32,000 nucleotides of DNA from Delftia acidovorans NBRC 14950 (GCF_001598795.1 NZ_BCZP01000008.1:240001-272000); one strand, 5' to 3'. Positions 8,948-18,561 are shown, counted from the stretch's first letter. The notes: generated by a model from the sequence alone, not told the origin. Numbers and translations are program-made.

Positions 8948-9445
8948 ATGAACCTAGTCTCCCGTCTTCTGGGGGTTGCCGTGGCCGTGATGGGCATGCT
9001 CTCGCTGCCCGGCTGCGATCCCCAAAACATCAAGGAACTCGAAGAAGGCCTGTCCACCGAGGCCGACGTCCGCGCCCGCTTTGGCGAGCCCGAACGCATC
9101 TGGGCGGAGCCGGACGGCTCGCGCACCTTCGAGTACAACCGCCAGCCCGCCGGCAGCCGCAACTACATGATCACCATCGGCACCGATGGCCGCATGAGCG
9201 CGCTGCGCCAGGTGCTGGCGCCGCACAACTTCGAGAAGATCCGCCCCGGCATGGACGAGGAGCAGGTGCGCCGCATGCTGGGCAAGCCCGCCAAGATCAC
9301 GCCCTACCAGCTCAAGCAGGAAACCGACTGGGACTGGAACTACATCGATCCCCCCACGCGCGACATGGAGTTCACCGTGACCTTCGGCCCCGACGGCCGC
9401 GTGCTGCGCAGCGCCGGCCGCGAGAAACTGCACGGCGGCGCCTGA
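8948..9445 (+). CDS. BamE/SmpA-OmlA-like outer-membrane lipoprotein
   Basis: 165 aa with a lipobox (MLSLPGC). It has two SmpA/OmlA-like repeats (GLSTEADVRARFGEPE and GMDEEQVRRMLGKP). Confidence 0.8.
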   Translation: MNLVSRLLGVAVAVMGMLSLPGCDPQNIKELEEGLSTEADVRARFGEPERIWAEPDGSRTFEYNRQPAGSRNYMITIGTDGRMSALRQVLAPHNFEKIRPGMDEEQVRRMLGKPAKITPYQLKQETDWDWNYIDPPTRDMEFTVTFGPDGRVLRSAGREKLHGGA

Positions 9446-9609
9446 CAGCAGGCCCCTGCAAGCATCCTGCGATGCGCTGTACCCTGCACGCCACAGCGCG
9501 CCGGGGCAACAGTCTCTAGAATCCGGGTTTGTACCTATGACACCCCATGGGTACGGTGAAGGCTCCGATCCGGGGCCTTTGCGACGATAGATCTGTCATC
9601 ACCCCGACA

Positions 9610-10260
9610 ATGTCCACGCCTTCCCTACCCGCTGCCGCGCCTGCTGCGCCTGTCCCGGCCACCGCTTCGCTGCGCCATGGCCTCTTCGAGGATGTCCAGG
9701 CCCTCTTCACCGGAACCCTGTTCGTGGGCATCGCCATGATGATGTTCGCCCAGGCGGGGCTTTTGACGGGCAGCACGGCGGGCCTGGCCTTCGTGCTGCA
9801 CTACGCCACGGGCTGGCCGTTCGGCCTGGTCTTCTTCGCGATCAACATCCCGTTCTACTGGTTTGCCTGGACGCGCGTGGGCCGCACCTTCACGGTCAAG
9901 ACCTTCATCTGCGTGGGCGCGCTGTCGCTGATCACCGAAATGGGGCCGCGCCTCATCCACATCGACTACCTGCACCCGGCCTTTGCCGCCATTGCGGGCG
10001 GCCTGCTCATGGGCTCGGGCCTGCTGTTCCTGGCGCGCCACCGCTCCAGCCTGGGCGGCGCCACCATTGCCTCGCTCTATCTGCAGGACCGCTACGGCAT
10101 CCGCGCCGGCAAGGTGCAGATGGCCATCGACTGCTGCGTGGTGCTGCTGGCGCTGTGGGTCGTGCCCTTCGAGCGCGTGGCCTGGTCGGTGCTGGCGGCC
10201 GTGGTCATGGGCGTGTTCCTGGCCGTGAGCCACCGGCCCGGGCGCTACGCCGGGCAGTAG
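9610..10260 (+). CDS. YitT-family (DUF161) integral membrane protein
   Basis: Multi-TM protein with FEDVQALFTGTLFVGIAMMMF and TGSTAGLAFVLHY, typical of the YitT membrane domain. Start set at ATG 9610, with ATG 9547 as an alternative. No clear SD precedes either start. Confidence 0.72.
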   Translation: MSTPSLPAAAPAAPVPATASLRHGLFEDVQALFTGTLFVGIAMMMFAQAGLLTGSTAGLAFVLHYATGWPFGLVFFAINIPFYWFAWTRVGRTFTVKTFICVGALSLITEMGPRLIHIDYLHPAFAAIAGGLLMGSGLLFLARHRSSLGGATIASLYLQDRYGIRAGKVQMAIDCCVVLLALWVVPFERVAWSVLAAVVMGVFLAVSHRPGRYAGQ

Positions 10261-10262
10261 CC

Positions 10263-10547
10263 TCAGGGCGTCAGAGGCTGCCCATCGGGCGTGCGGTAGC
10301 GGACCGTGATGCCGCTGTCGTCTGCGGCTGCCCCGTCATCGCTCATCGCATCGACGGCCTTGCCCACTCCCTTGCCGACGATTTTTACCGTGCCCACGGC
10401 CGCATCCGCGGCCAGCCCCACGGCCGAGGCCGTGACGCTGACCGCCGTGGCGGTCACGGCCACCACGGTGCAGCCGGACAGCAGGGCCGCGGCGCACAGG
10501 CAAAGAAAAGCCCCCAGGGCCGGGGACCGTGAGGGCTTGCGGGACAT
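10263..10547 (-). CDS. Small Ala/Val/Gly-rich lipoprotein, function unknown
   Basis: 94 aa with a lipobox (AALLSGC) and AAGG 6-7 nt upstream of the ATG. It starts 12 nt downstream of the metG stop, so it is probably co-transcribed. I recognise no family. Confidence 0.55.
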   Translation of the reverse strand: MSRKPSRSPALGAFLCLCAAALLSGCTVVAVTATAVSVTASAVGLAADAAVGTVKIVGKGVGKAVDAMSDDGAAADDSGITVRYRTPDGQPLTP

Positions 10548-10559
10548 GGATGCCTTGCT

Positions 10560-12626
10560 TCAGTGGATGCGCATGCCGGGTGTGGCGCCTGGGAAAGGCT
10601 CCAGCACATAGATGCCGGGATTGCTTTTCTCATCGGCGTGGCTGGCTGCCAGCACCATGCCTTCGGAGATGCCGAACTTCATCTTGCGCGGCGCCAGGTT
10701 GGCCACCATCACGGTGAGCTTGCCCTGCAGCTGCTCGGGCTGGTACATGCTGGAGATGCCGGAGAACACGTTGCGCGTCTTGCCTTCGCCCACGTCCAGC
10801 GTGAGCTGCAGCAGCTTGGTGGAGCCTTCCACGGGCTTGCATTCCACGATCTTGGCAATGCGCAGGTCCACCTTGGCGAAGTCGTCGATGCTGATGGTTT
10901 CGGCAATCTCCTCGCCGCCGGGCAGGACCTTCTCGACCACGGGTTCGGGGGCCTCGAACAGGGCCTCCAGCTGCTTGACGTCCACGCGCTGCATCAGGTG
11001 CTTGTACAGGCCGATGGCATGGCCGGCGCCCAGCAGGTTCTGTGCGTCGGCGAACTGCAGCGGCGCCACGTTCAGGAAGCCTTCCACCTGTTCGGCCACG
11101 GCCGGCAGGATGGGCTTCAGGTAGATGGTCAGCAGGCGGAAGGCCTCGATGCAGGTGGTGCACACGTCCTGCAGGCGGGCGTCCATGCCTTCCTGCTTGG
11201 CCAGCTCCCAGGGCTTGTTGGCATCCACGTATTCGTTGACGCGGTCGCACAGCTGCATGATTTCGCGCACGGCGCGGGCCGTGTCGCGGTTCTCGAAGGC
11301 CTGGACGACGGCCTCGCTCTGGCCGCGCAGCTGGGTCAGCAGGGCCTGGCCGTCTTCGCTGACCGTGCCCAGCTTGCCGTCGAAGCGCTTGGCGATGAAG
11401 CCGGCCGCGCGCGAGGCGATGTTCACGTACTTGCCGATCAGGTCGGAGTTGACGCGGGCCATGAAGTCATCGGGGTTGAAGTCGATGTCTTCATTCTTGC
11501 CGTTGAGCTTGGCGCCCAGGTAGTAGCGCAGCCACTCGGGGTTCATCTGCAGGCCCAGGTACTTGAGCGGGTCCAGGCCGGTGCCGCGGCTCTTGCTCAT
11601 CTTCTCGCCGTTGTTCACGGTCATGAAGCCGTGCACGCAGATCTTGGTGGGCGTCTTGCGGCCGCTGAACTTGAGCATGGCGGGCCAGAACAGCGTGTGG
11701 AAGGTGATGATGTCCTTGCCGATGAAGTGGTACTGCTCCAGCGTGGGGTCGGCCATGTAGGCCTCGTAGTCCTCGCCACGGCGGTCCAGCAGGTTCTTGA
11801 GCGAGGCCAGGTAGCCCACGGGCGCGTCCAGCCAGACGTAGAAGTACTTGCCCGGCGCATCGGGGATCTCGATGCCGAAGTAGGGCGCGTCGCGCGAGAT
11901 GTCCCAGTCGCCCAGGCCTTCGCTGGTCGTGCCGTCCGGGTTGGTGCGTACGCCGAACCATTCCTTGATCTTGTTGGCCACCTCGGGCTGCACATGCTGG
12001 CCGTCCTGGGTCCACTCGGTCAGGAACTCCACGCAGCGCGGGTCCGACAGCTTGAAGAAGAAATGCTCCGAGCTCTTGAGCACGGGCTTGGCGCCGGACA
12101 GCGCCGAGTAGGGGTTGATCAGGTCGGTGGGCGCGTAGACGGCGCTGCAGACCTCGCAGTTGTCGCCGTACTGGTCCTTGGCGTGGCAGCGCGGGCATTC
12201 GCCCTTGATGAAGCGGTCGGGCAGGAACATGTTCTTCTCGGTGTCGAAGAACTGCTCGATGGTGCGCGTCTCGATGAAGCCGGCAGCCTTCAGGTCCCTG
12301 TAGATCTGCTGGGCCAGCACGTGGTTCTCGGGCGCGTCGGTGTTGTGCCAGTTGTCGAAGGCGATGTGGAAGCCGTCCAGGTACTGCTTGCGGCCTGCGG
12401 CGATGTCGGCCACGAACTGCTGGGGCGTCTTGCCGGCCTTCTCGGCCGCAATCATGATGGGCGCGCCGTGGGCGTCATCGGCGCCCACGAAGTTGACCGC
12501 GTTGCCCTGCATTCGCTGCGCACGCACCCAGGTGTCGGCCTGGATGTATTCCATGATGTGGCCGATGTGGAAGTTGCCGTTGGCGTACGGCAGGGCGGTG
12601 GTGACGAAGAGTTTGCGTGCGGTCAT
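10560..12626 (-). CDS. metG: Methionine--tRNA ligase
   Basis: 688 aa with a HIGH-type motif ([11 protein letters not shown]), a zinc knuckle ([17 protein letters not shown]), KMSKS (GEKMSKSRG) and a C-terminal tRNA-binding domain ([13 protein letters not shown]...). Confidence 0.97.
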   Translation of the reverse strand: MTARKLFVTTALPYANGNFHIGHIMEYIQADTWVRAQRMQGNAVNFVGADDAHGAPIMIAAEKAGKTPQQFVADIAAGRKQYLDGFHIAFDNWHNTDAPENHVLAQQIYRDLKAAGFIETRTIEQFFDTEKNMFLPDRFIKGECPRCHAKDQYGDNCEVCSAVYAPTDLINPYSALSGAKPVLKSSEHFFFKLSDPRCVEFLTEWTQDGQHVQPEVANKIKEWFGVRTNPDGTTSEGLGDWDISRDAPYFGIEIPDAPGKYFYVWLDAPVGYLASLKNLLDRRGEDYEAYMADPTLEQYHFIGKDIITFHTLFWPAMLKFSGRKTPTKICVHGFMTVNNGEKMSKSRGTGLDPLKYLGLQMNPEWLRYYLGAKLNGKNEDIDFNPDDFMARVNSDLIGKYVNIASRAAGFIAKRFDGKLGTVSEDGQALLTQLRGQSEAVVQAFENRDTARAVREIMQLCDRVNEYVDANKPWELAKQEGMDARLQDVCTTCIEAFRLLTIYLKPILPAVAEQVEGFLNVAPLQFADAQNLLGAGHAIGLYKHLMQRVDVKQLEALFEAPEPVVEKVLPGGEEIAETISIDDFAKVDLRIAKIVECKPVEGSTKLLQLTLDVGEGKTRNVFSGISSMYQPEQLQGKLTVMVANLAPRKMKFGISEGMVLAASHADEKSNPGIYVLEPFPGATPGMRIH

Positions 12627-12709
12627 GGATGGCGGCTTTCTCGGGGGAACCTGACATTCTAGAAGGGCTGGGCGGTTGTGGGGCGGCGATGGCTTTTCCG
12701 TGCAGGCCG

Positions 12710-13948
12710 TCAGTTGGCGACCAGCGGCCGTTGCCAGCCCAGGAACTGCTCTATGTCGCTGCGCCGCGCCAGCGCGTCGCGCCGGCCCAGGGCCATGAGT
12801 TCGCGGGTGAAGCTGCGCTCGAACAGCAGGTAGCTGGCCAGGGCGGCGCCGCGCGGGTCGCTGGCGTCCTGGCGCACGCCCAGGGCGCCCAGCAGGGTGC
12901 GCATGGGCAGCGGCAGCTGGCCCACGTGGCGCGCGGCGATGGCGTCTATGCGCTCGGACGGCGAGATGACCAGCAGTTGCAGCGGGCGCAGCCGGCTGCG
13001 TTCGCGGTCGGCGGGGGGGATCAGGGCCAGCGTCTGGTTGATGCGCTCGGCGCGCTCCACATCCAGGGACAGGGCGTCCAGGAAGATGCTCGACAGCGTG
13101 TGGCCCGCGATGTGGGCCAGCGACGGGTAGCTTGCGCCTTCTGGCGGCGGCCTGGCCGGCGGCTCGGTGCGCCGGCCCGCGCCCACGACGAGGATGCGCT
13201 CGGCGCCCAGGTGGATGGCGGGCGCCAGCGGCGCGGTCTGGCGCATGGAGCCGTCGCCGAAGTATTCGGTGGCGCCGTCCAGCGGCAGCGGCGTGGCCGG
13301 AAAGATGAAGGGGATGGCCGAGGAGGCCAGCAGGTGCGCGTGCGTGATCTGGGCGGCGGCGGCCTTGCGCTGGTTGCGCACCCAGGGCTGGAGCTGGTCC
13401 TGCGCCTGGCAGAAGGTCACGTGCTCGCTGGTGGTGTAGCTGGAGGCGGACACCGCCAGCGCGCGCAGGTGGCCGTCCGCGATCAATTGCGGCAGGCGTT
13501 CCAGCGGAACCAGGCCGCGCGACAGCAGCCGGCCCAGCGGCTGGTTGTCCAGCAGCGAACGCGGGCGCATGCGGCCCCAGCGCGCCAGGGCCCAGCCCAG
13601 GGACAGCAGGGTCAGCCAGCGTGCGCCGCTGCGCAGCACGCTCAGCGAGTCGGACAGGTAGATGTCCTCGGGCCGCAGGTTGCGCCAGATGCGCGACATG
13701 CGGCGCACGGCCCGGTCGAAATGGTCGCTGCCGCAGGCCAGGGCCGCCGCGTTGATGGCGCCGGCCGAGGTGCCGACCAGGATGGGAAAGGGATTGGGGC
13801 CATGCTGCTGGCCGCAGGCGCGGCGTATCTCGGCAATGGCCTCCAGCACGCCGGCCTGGTAGGCGGCGCGGGCGCCGCCGCCGCTGAGCAGCAGTCCGGT
13901 GCTGGGGGGTGGGAGGCTGGAGTCGGGTGAGGGCGCGGCATCGGGCAT
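12710..13948 (-). CDS. Patatin-like phospholipase family protein
   Basis: 412 aa from the internal ATG 13948 of the 642-aa track ORF, with ATG 13978 as an alternative. It has the oxyanion motif LSGGGARAA, the nucleophile elbow GTSAG and the catalytic Asp motif FGDGS. There is a long C-terminal extension, possibly of the DUF3734 type (unchecked). Confidence 0.85.
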   Translation of the reverse strand: MPDAAPSPDSSLPPPSTGLLLSGGGARAAYQAGVLEAIAEIRRACGQQHGPNPFPILVGTSAGAINAAALACGSDHFDRAVRRMSRIWRNLRPEDIYLSDSLSVLRSGARWLTLLSLGWALARWGRMRPRSLLDNQPLGRLLSRGLVPLERLPQLIADGHLRALAVSASSYTTSEHVTFCQAQDQLQPWVRNQRKAAAAQITHAHLLASSAIPFIFPATPLPLDGATEYFGDGSMRQTAPLAPAIHLGAERILVVGAGRRTEPPARPPPEGASYPSLAHIAGHTLSSIFLDALSLDVERAERINQTLALIPPADRERSRLRPLQLLVISPSERIDAIAARHVGQLPLPMRTLLGALGVRQDASDPRGAALASYLLFERSFTRELMALGRRDALARRSDIEQFLGWQRPLVAN

Positions 13949-14004
13949 GCCTGGAGTGTGCCGCGCGCCGGCCGTCATCAGATCAGGGGATGACCCCGAA
14001 GGGA

Positions 14005-14577
14005 TCAGGCCTTGGCCAGCAGGGAGCCCAGGTCCTTGCCGGAGATCAGGGCGATGCCCTGCTGCTTGGCCCAGGCGGCCGCATTCTCGGCCGGCGGCTG
14101 CAGCGACAGGTAGCAGACCGTGGCCGCATCGCGCGCCTGGCCTGCGGCCAGCAGGGCGCGCAGCGGCTCCATGCCGTGCACGCCGGCCTTCCAGCGCTTG
14201 GCGCTGGCCACGGTGGTGCGGCCTTCGCGTTCCAGCACGAAGTCGGCGCCGTCCTTGTCGGACAGGCGGGTCACGGTGTAGCCCTCGGCCTGCCAGGCGC
14301 GATCGAGCCGATCGGCGAACTCGCGCCAGCTTTGCTGGGCGGCGATCTCCAGGGCCTGCTCCACCTTGGCGGGGCTGGGCGCGCGCAGCTGGCGCCAGGC
14401 GGCAACGCAGCCTATGCCGAAGAAGGGCAGGGCGGTGATGGCGGCGAACGGCGCGATGTCCTTGGGCAGCAGCGCCGTGGACACCAGGGTCACCAGCGCG
14501 GCCAGCGCGATGCTGATCCACCAGCGCGAGCGCAGCAGGATCGCGAACAGGGAGTTGTGGGCCATCTTGAATTTCAC
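14005..14577 (-). CDS. Membrane-anchored Mrr-cat (restriction-endonuclease-fold) domain protein
   Basis: 190 aa with two predicted N-terminal TM helices ([19 protein letters not shown] and [18 protein letters not shown]). These are followed by an Mrr_cat-like core ([20 protein letters not shown]...DGADFVLE...VASAKRWK). The start at 14577 is GTG, with ATG 14565 as an alternative. Confidence 0.72.
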   Translation of the reverse strand: MKFKMAHNSLFAILLRSRWWISIALAALVTLVSTALLPKDIAPFAAITALPFFGIGCVAAWRQLRAPSPAKVEQALEIAAQQSWREFADRLDRAWQAEGYTVTRLSDKDGADFVLEREGRTTVASAKRWKAGVHGMEPLRALLAAGQARDAATVCYLSLQPPAENAAAWAKQQGIALISGKDLGSLLAKA

Positions 14578-14703
14578 GGGGCGGATCTTTCGCGGAAAAA
14601 GGCGGTAACAGGGGCCGCAAAGGCAGCAAGGCCCGCATTGTCTCGCGTGAGCGAGGGGATGGTGCCTTGGATAGACTATCCGGCTCTAGGAGTAATCAAA
14701 GCA

Positions 14704-15795
14704 ATGGCAGTCACAGAACAAGCGCTCTTGGCCGCGCTCTCCAGCGTGCTCGACCCCCACACCGGCAAGGACTATGTGAGCACCCGCGCCCTGCGCAACC
14801 TGCAGGTCACGGGGGCCGACGTGGCCTTCGACGTGGAGATGGGCTATCCGGCGCAAAGCCTGGTGCCGGCGCTGCGCGGCCAGTTCGTCGCGGCGGCCAA
14901 GACCGTCGAGGGCGTGGGCAATGTCTCGGTCAACATCACGTCCAAGGTCGCCGCGCATGCGGTGCAGCGCGGCGTGCAGTTGCTGCCGGGTGTCAAGAAC
15001 ATCATCGCCATCTCGTCCGGCAAGGGCGGCGTGGGCAAGAGCACGACCACGGCCAACCTGGCGCTGGCGCTGGCCGCCGAGGGCGCGCGCGTGGGCATCC
15101 TGGACGCCGACATCTACGGCCCCAGCCAGCCCATGATGATGGGCATCTCGGGCCGTCCCGAAAGCCCCGACGGCAAGACCATGGAGCCCATGGAAAGCCA
15201 TGGCGTGCAGGTCATGTCCATCGGCTTCCTGGTCAACAACGACCAGGCCATGATCTGGCGCGGCCCCATGGCCACGCAGGCGCTGGAGCAGATGCTGCGC
15301 CAGACCAACTGGAAGGATCTGGACTACCTGCTGGTGGACATGCCGCCCGGCACCGGCGACATCCAGCTGACGCTGGCCCAGCGCGTGCCCATGACGGGCG
15401 CCGTGGTCGTCACCACGCCCCAGGACATCGCGCTGATCGACGCCAAGAAGGGCGTGAAGATGTTCGAGAAGGTGGGCGTGCCCATCCTGGGCCTGGTCGA
15501 GAACATGGCGGCCCACGTCTGCACCAACTGCGGCCATGTGGAGCACATCTTCGGCGCCGAGGGCGGCAAGCAGATGGCGGCCGAGTACGGCATCGACTAC
15601 CTGGGCGCCCTGCCCCTGTCGCTGCAGATCCGCCTGCAGGCCGACAGCGGCAAGCCCACCGTGGTGGCCGAGCCCGACAGCGAGGCCGCGCAGATCTACA
15701 AGAAGGTGGCGCGCGACCTGGCCGTGAAGGTGGCGCTCAAGGCACGCGATTTCACGAGCAAGTTCCCCACCATCACGGTGAGCCAGGGAACCTGA
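14704..15795 (+). CDS. apbC: Iron-sulfur cluster carrier ATPase ApbC/Mrp
   Basis: 363 aa from the internal ATG 14704 of the 628-aa track ORF. It has an N-terminal MIP18-like domain, the Walker A motif ISSGKGGVGKSTT and CTNCGH (CxxC). Confidence 0.95.
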   Translation: MAVTEQALLAALSSVLDPHTGKDYVSTRALRNLQVTGADVAFDVEMGYPAQSLVPALRGQFVAAAKTVEGVGNVSVNITSKVAAHAVQRGVQLLPGVKNIIAISSGKGGVGKSTTTANLALALAAEGARVGILDADIYGPSQPMMMGISGRPESPDGKTMEPMESHGVQVMSIGFLVNNDQAMIWRGPMATQALEQMLRQTNWKDLDYLLVDMPPGTGDIQLTLAQRVPMTGAVVVTTPQDIALIDAKKGVKMFEKVGVPILGLVENMAAHVCTNCGHVEHIFGAEGGKQMAAEYGIDYLGALPLSLQIRLQADSGKPTVVAEPDSEAAQIYKKVARDLAVKVALKARDFTSKFPTITVSQGT

Positions 15796-15814
15796 CCCTT
15801 CTGGCGCTGCCGGC

Positions 15815-16774
15815 ATGAACCTGCTGACCTCGATGCGGTATCTGGCGGCGCTCAACGAGCACCGCCATTTCGGCCGCGCGGCGCTGGCATGCCACATCAC
15901 CCAGCCGGCGCTGTCCAATGCGCTGCGCGCGCTGGAAGAGGAGTTCGGCACGGTCATCGTGCGCCGGGGCCGCTCGTTCGCGGGCTTCACTCCCGAGGGC
16001 GATCAAGTGCTGGCCACCGCCCTGGCCATGCTGCGGGCCGAGGAAGGCCTGCGCCAGGAACTGAGCGCCGCCGCCGGCGCGCTGCGCGGGCAGCTGCGCA
16101 TGGCGGCCGTGCCCACGGCCATGCCCATGCTCACGCGCTTTGCGGCCCTGCTGCGCGAGCACCATCCGGGCATCACGCCCGTGGTGCTGTCCATGAGCTC
16201 GGCCGAGATCGAGAGCGGGCTCGAAGACCTGTCCCTGGACCTGGCCCTGGGCTACAGCGCGCGCATGCCGCCGCGCGGACCGCGCCTGCAGTCCTGGCCC
16301 CAGTACGAGGAGCATTACTACCTGCTGTGCCGCGAGTGCTGCGATTGGCAGGGCGAGGGCCGGCCCTTTGCCTTTGGCGCCGACATCGCTTGGCGCGAAG
16401 TGGCCGGCATGCCGCTGTGCCTGCTCACGCCCGACATGCACAACCGCACGGTGATCGACGAGGCCTTCGCCGCCGTGGACATGGCCGTGCAGCCCGCCAT
16501 GGAAACCAACTCCGTGCTGACCCTGGTGATGGCCGTGGCGCAAGGAACGGATGGCATGACCACCGTGCTGCCCGGCGCCATGGTGGCCACGGTGCGCCAC
16601 ATGCCGGGCCTGGTGGCGCGGCCACTGCGCTCGCCCGAACTGGTCACCCCCATAGGCTTCATGGCCCAGCAGGGCGTGGCGCCCACGCGCGCTCTGCAGG
16701 CGGCGCTGCAACTGCAGGACGACGCCGGTTGGCGTGCGCAGTGCCTGCGGCATGCGGGGGCGCTGGCGGGTTGA
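15815..16774 (+). CDS. LysR-family transcriptional regulator
   Basis: 319 aa with the N-terminal wHTH block MRYLAALNEHRHFGRAALACHITQPALSNALRALEEEFG, followed by a LysR substrate-binding domain. It starts 19 nt after the apbC stop. Confidence 0.9.
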   Translation: MNLLTSMRYLAALNEHRHFGRAALACHITQPALSNALRALEEEFGTVIVRRGRSFAGFTPEGDQVLATALAMLRAEEGLRQELSAAAGALRGQLRMAAVPTAMPMLTRFAALLREHHPGITPVVLSMSSAEIESGLEDLSLDLALGYSARMPPRGPRLQSWPQYEEHYYLLCRECCDWQGEGRPFAFGADIAWREVAGMPLCLLTPDMHNRTVIDEAFAAVDMAVQPAMETNSVLTLVMAVAQGTDGMTTVLPGAMVATVRHMPGLVARPLRSPELVTPIGFMAQQGVAPTRALQAALQLQDDAGWRAQCLRHAGALAG

Positions 16775-16871
16775 GCGCCCTTTGCTGGAAGCAGCGACTG
16801 GGAGTGCTGTCTGTTGGGTTTCTTCCGGCACAGGCAAGCATCGTTCAAAGGCCGTAATATCATTCATATCA

Positions 16872-16906
16872 GAGCGCTTGCATGCCGCAAGCACTCGTAT
16901 GAGAAT
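16872..16906 (+). promoter_or_regulatory. Putative hipBA promoter/operator
   Basis: Imperfect inverted repeat GAGCGCTTGC-atgcc-GCAAGCACTC (16872-16896, 9 of 10 bp complementary). It overlaps a possible -35 TTGCAT (16878-16883), a 17-nt spacer and -10 GAGAAT (16901-16906). There is no SD before hipB ATG 16913, so hipB may be leaderless. This is inference only. Confidence 0.3.
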
Positions 16907-16912
16907 ATTTTG

Positions 16913-17239
16913 ATGGCAACTGCAACCAATCTTCCCGTTGATCGGGCCATCAAGGCACTGGGCCAGAGCATTGAACTGGCGCGGCGGCGGCGGGGGCTGT
17001 CGCAGGCCGATCTGGCATCCCGCATGGGCGTTTCGGTCAGCACCGTGCGCCGCCTGGAAGATGGCCACCCCGGAATTGCGCTTTCCTATCTGGCAAGTGC
17101 ACTGCAGGTCTTCGGTGAGTTGGAGAAATTGCGCCTGCTCCTGGACACCCCGACCGACTCCGTCGGATTGGCACTGATGGATGCGCAACTGCCTGCGCGC
17201 ATCTACAGCAAACGCCGCAAGGCACCCAAGGCGTTCTGA
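16913..17239 (+). CDS. hipB: XRE-family HTH antitoxin, HipB-like
   Basis: 108 aa from the internal ATG 16913. It has the HTH block LARRRRGLSQADLASRMGVSVSTVRRLEDG and lies 14 nt upstream of a HipA-family kinase gene. Confidence 0.8.
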   Translation: MATATNLPVDRAIKALGQSIELARRRRGLSQADLASRMGVSVSTVRRLEDGHPGIALSYLASALQVFGELEKLRLLLDTPTDSVGLALMDAQLPARIYSKRRKAPKAF

Positions 17240-17253
17240 AGGGCGAATGCGAC

Positions 17254-18561
17254 ATGGTGACGCGCTCCGCTGCAATGGTCCACAACATGAAGTCGGAACT
17301 GGACGTGTGCCTGGGCAAGGCGGGCACGGCCGTGGGCAGGCTGGTATTCGTGCGCAACGGCATGCGCATGTTCACCCAGTTCGCCTACTTCCAGGACTGG
17401 CTGGGTCACAAGGATGCGTTCAACGTCTCCCCCGATCTCGCGCTCACGCCGATCTACCAGACGCGCAAACCAGAGACCCGGGAGGACTCCTTGTTCTTCC
17501 TTGCGCTGGGAGACACGGAGCCGGATGCCTGGGGGCGGCGTGTCATTGCCCGTGCGCATGCCAAGCGGCGCGAGAAGGACCCGGCTCTTGGGGCACTGAC
17601 CGAACTCGACTACCTTTGCGCCGTCGATGACTTCAGCCGGATGGGCGCCCTGAGGTTGCGCAGTGCGCAAGGCGTCTATCTGGAGTCCGTACGCGCAGGG
17701 CAGACTGCGACGCCTCCGATGCTGGAACTGGAGAAAATGCTCGCATCCTCGAGGGCCGTGGAGCTCGGCAGGGAGTCGGCCCAGGATCTGGCCTACCTGC
17801 GGGGCAAGGCGACCTCGCTGGGAGGCATGCGCCCGAAGTGCAGCATCCTTGATGAAAAGGGGCATTTGGCGTTGGGGAAATTCCCCAGCGTTCAGGACGA
17901 TCGCAATGTGACGCGTGCCGAAGTCCTGGCGTTGAAACTGGCACGCTTGGCCGGCATTGATGCTGCACAAGCCCATGTGGTTGCCGTGCATGGCACACCT
18001 GTGGCGGTCATTCGCCGTTTCGACCGTGGGCCCGGGGATACGCGCATTCCCTACATATCCGGCGCCACACTGCTGCAGGCGAGTCGGCAGCATGAACACG
18101 CGTACACCGAGGTGCTCGCGCAGATGAAAGGGCTGAGCGCGAACTACGTGGATGACGCGCGGCAGCTATGGCGGCGCCTGGTGTTCCATCACCTCATCAC
18201 CAATGTCGATGACCATCTGCAAAACCTGGGGTTCCTCTATGTAGGGGACAACCAATGGCAGCTTTCCCCGGCATTCGACATCAATCCCATGCCGGAAAAG
18301 AACCGTGAGTCCAAGACATGGTTGAGCGAAGACACAGGCCCTATCACCAGCATGGCGCAGTTGATGGGCCAGGCCTCGCAATTTTCACTGAGCCGCGACC
18401 AGTCGCTGGCGATCGTGCGCCAGGTTGTCGAGGCCGTGTTGCAGTGGCGCGTGCTGGGCCTGTCTGCGGAGGTTGGAATGACCGCGCAGGAGCTCGATGA
18501 GTTTGCCCTGGCGTTCGACCACCCGGACCTGGATGACGCCAGGAAACTGGCGGGCCTGTGA
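17254..18561 (+). CDS. hipA: HipA-family serine/threonine kinase toxin (type II TA)
   Basis: 435 aa with a HipA N-terminal/coupling region (GDTEPDAWGRRVI). Kinase motifs are SLGGMRPKCSI, NVDDHLQNLGFLY (catalytic Asp) and SPAFDINP (Mg-binding Asp). Alternative starts are ATG 17275 and 17287. Confidence 0.88.
   Translation: MVTRSAAMVHNMKSELDVCLGKAGTAVGRLVFVRNGMRMFTQFAYFQDWLGHKDAFNVSPDLALTPIYQTRKPETREDSLFFLALGDTEPDAWGRRVIARAHAKRREKDPALGALTELDYLCAVDDFSRMGALRLRSAQGVYLESVRAGQTATPPMLELEKMLASSRAVELGRESAQDLAYLRGKATSLGGMRPKCSILDEKGHLALGKFPSVQDDRNVTRAEVLALKLARLAGIDAAQAHVVAVHGTPVAVIRRFDRGPGDTRIPYISGATLLQASRQHEHAYTEVLAQMKGLSANYVDDARQLWRRLVFHHLITNVDDHLQNLGFLYVGDNQWQLSPAFDINPMPEKNRESKTWLSEDTGPITSMAQLMGQASQFSLSRDQSLAIVRQVVEAVLQWRVLGLSAEVGMTAQELDEFALAFDHPDLDDARKLAGL

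Noticed and set aside
9446-9609. The 164-nt region upstream of the YitT-family gene has two hairpins (GTACCTAT-gacacccc-ATGGGTAC at 9531-9553 and AAGGC-tccgatccggg-GCCTT at 9559-9579) and a near-palindrome around AGATCT. I considered a riboswitch.
   Set aside because: I could match no known riboswitch consensus (SAM-II, guanidine, c-di-GMP, preQ1). The stems are short, there is no terminator or SD-sequestering logic, and the true start codon (9547 or 9610) is itself uncertain.
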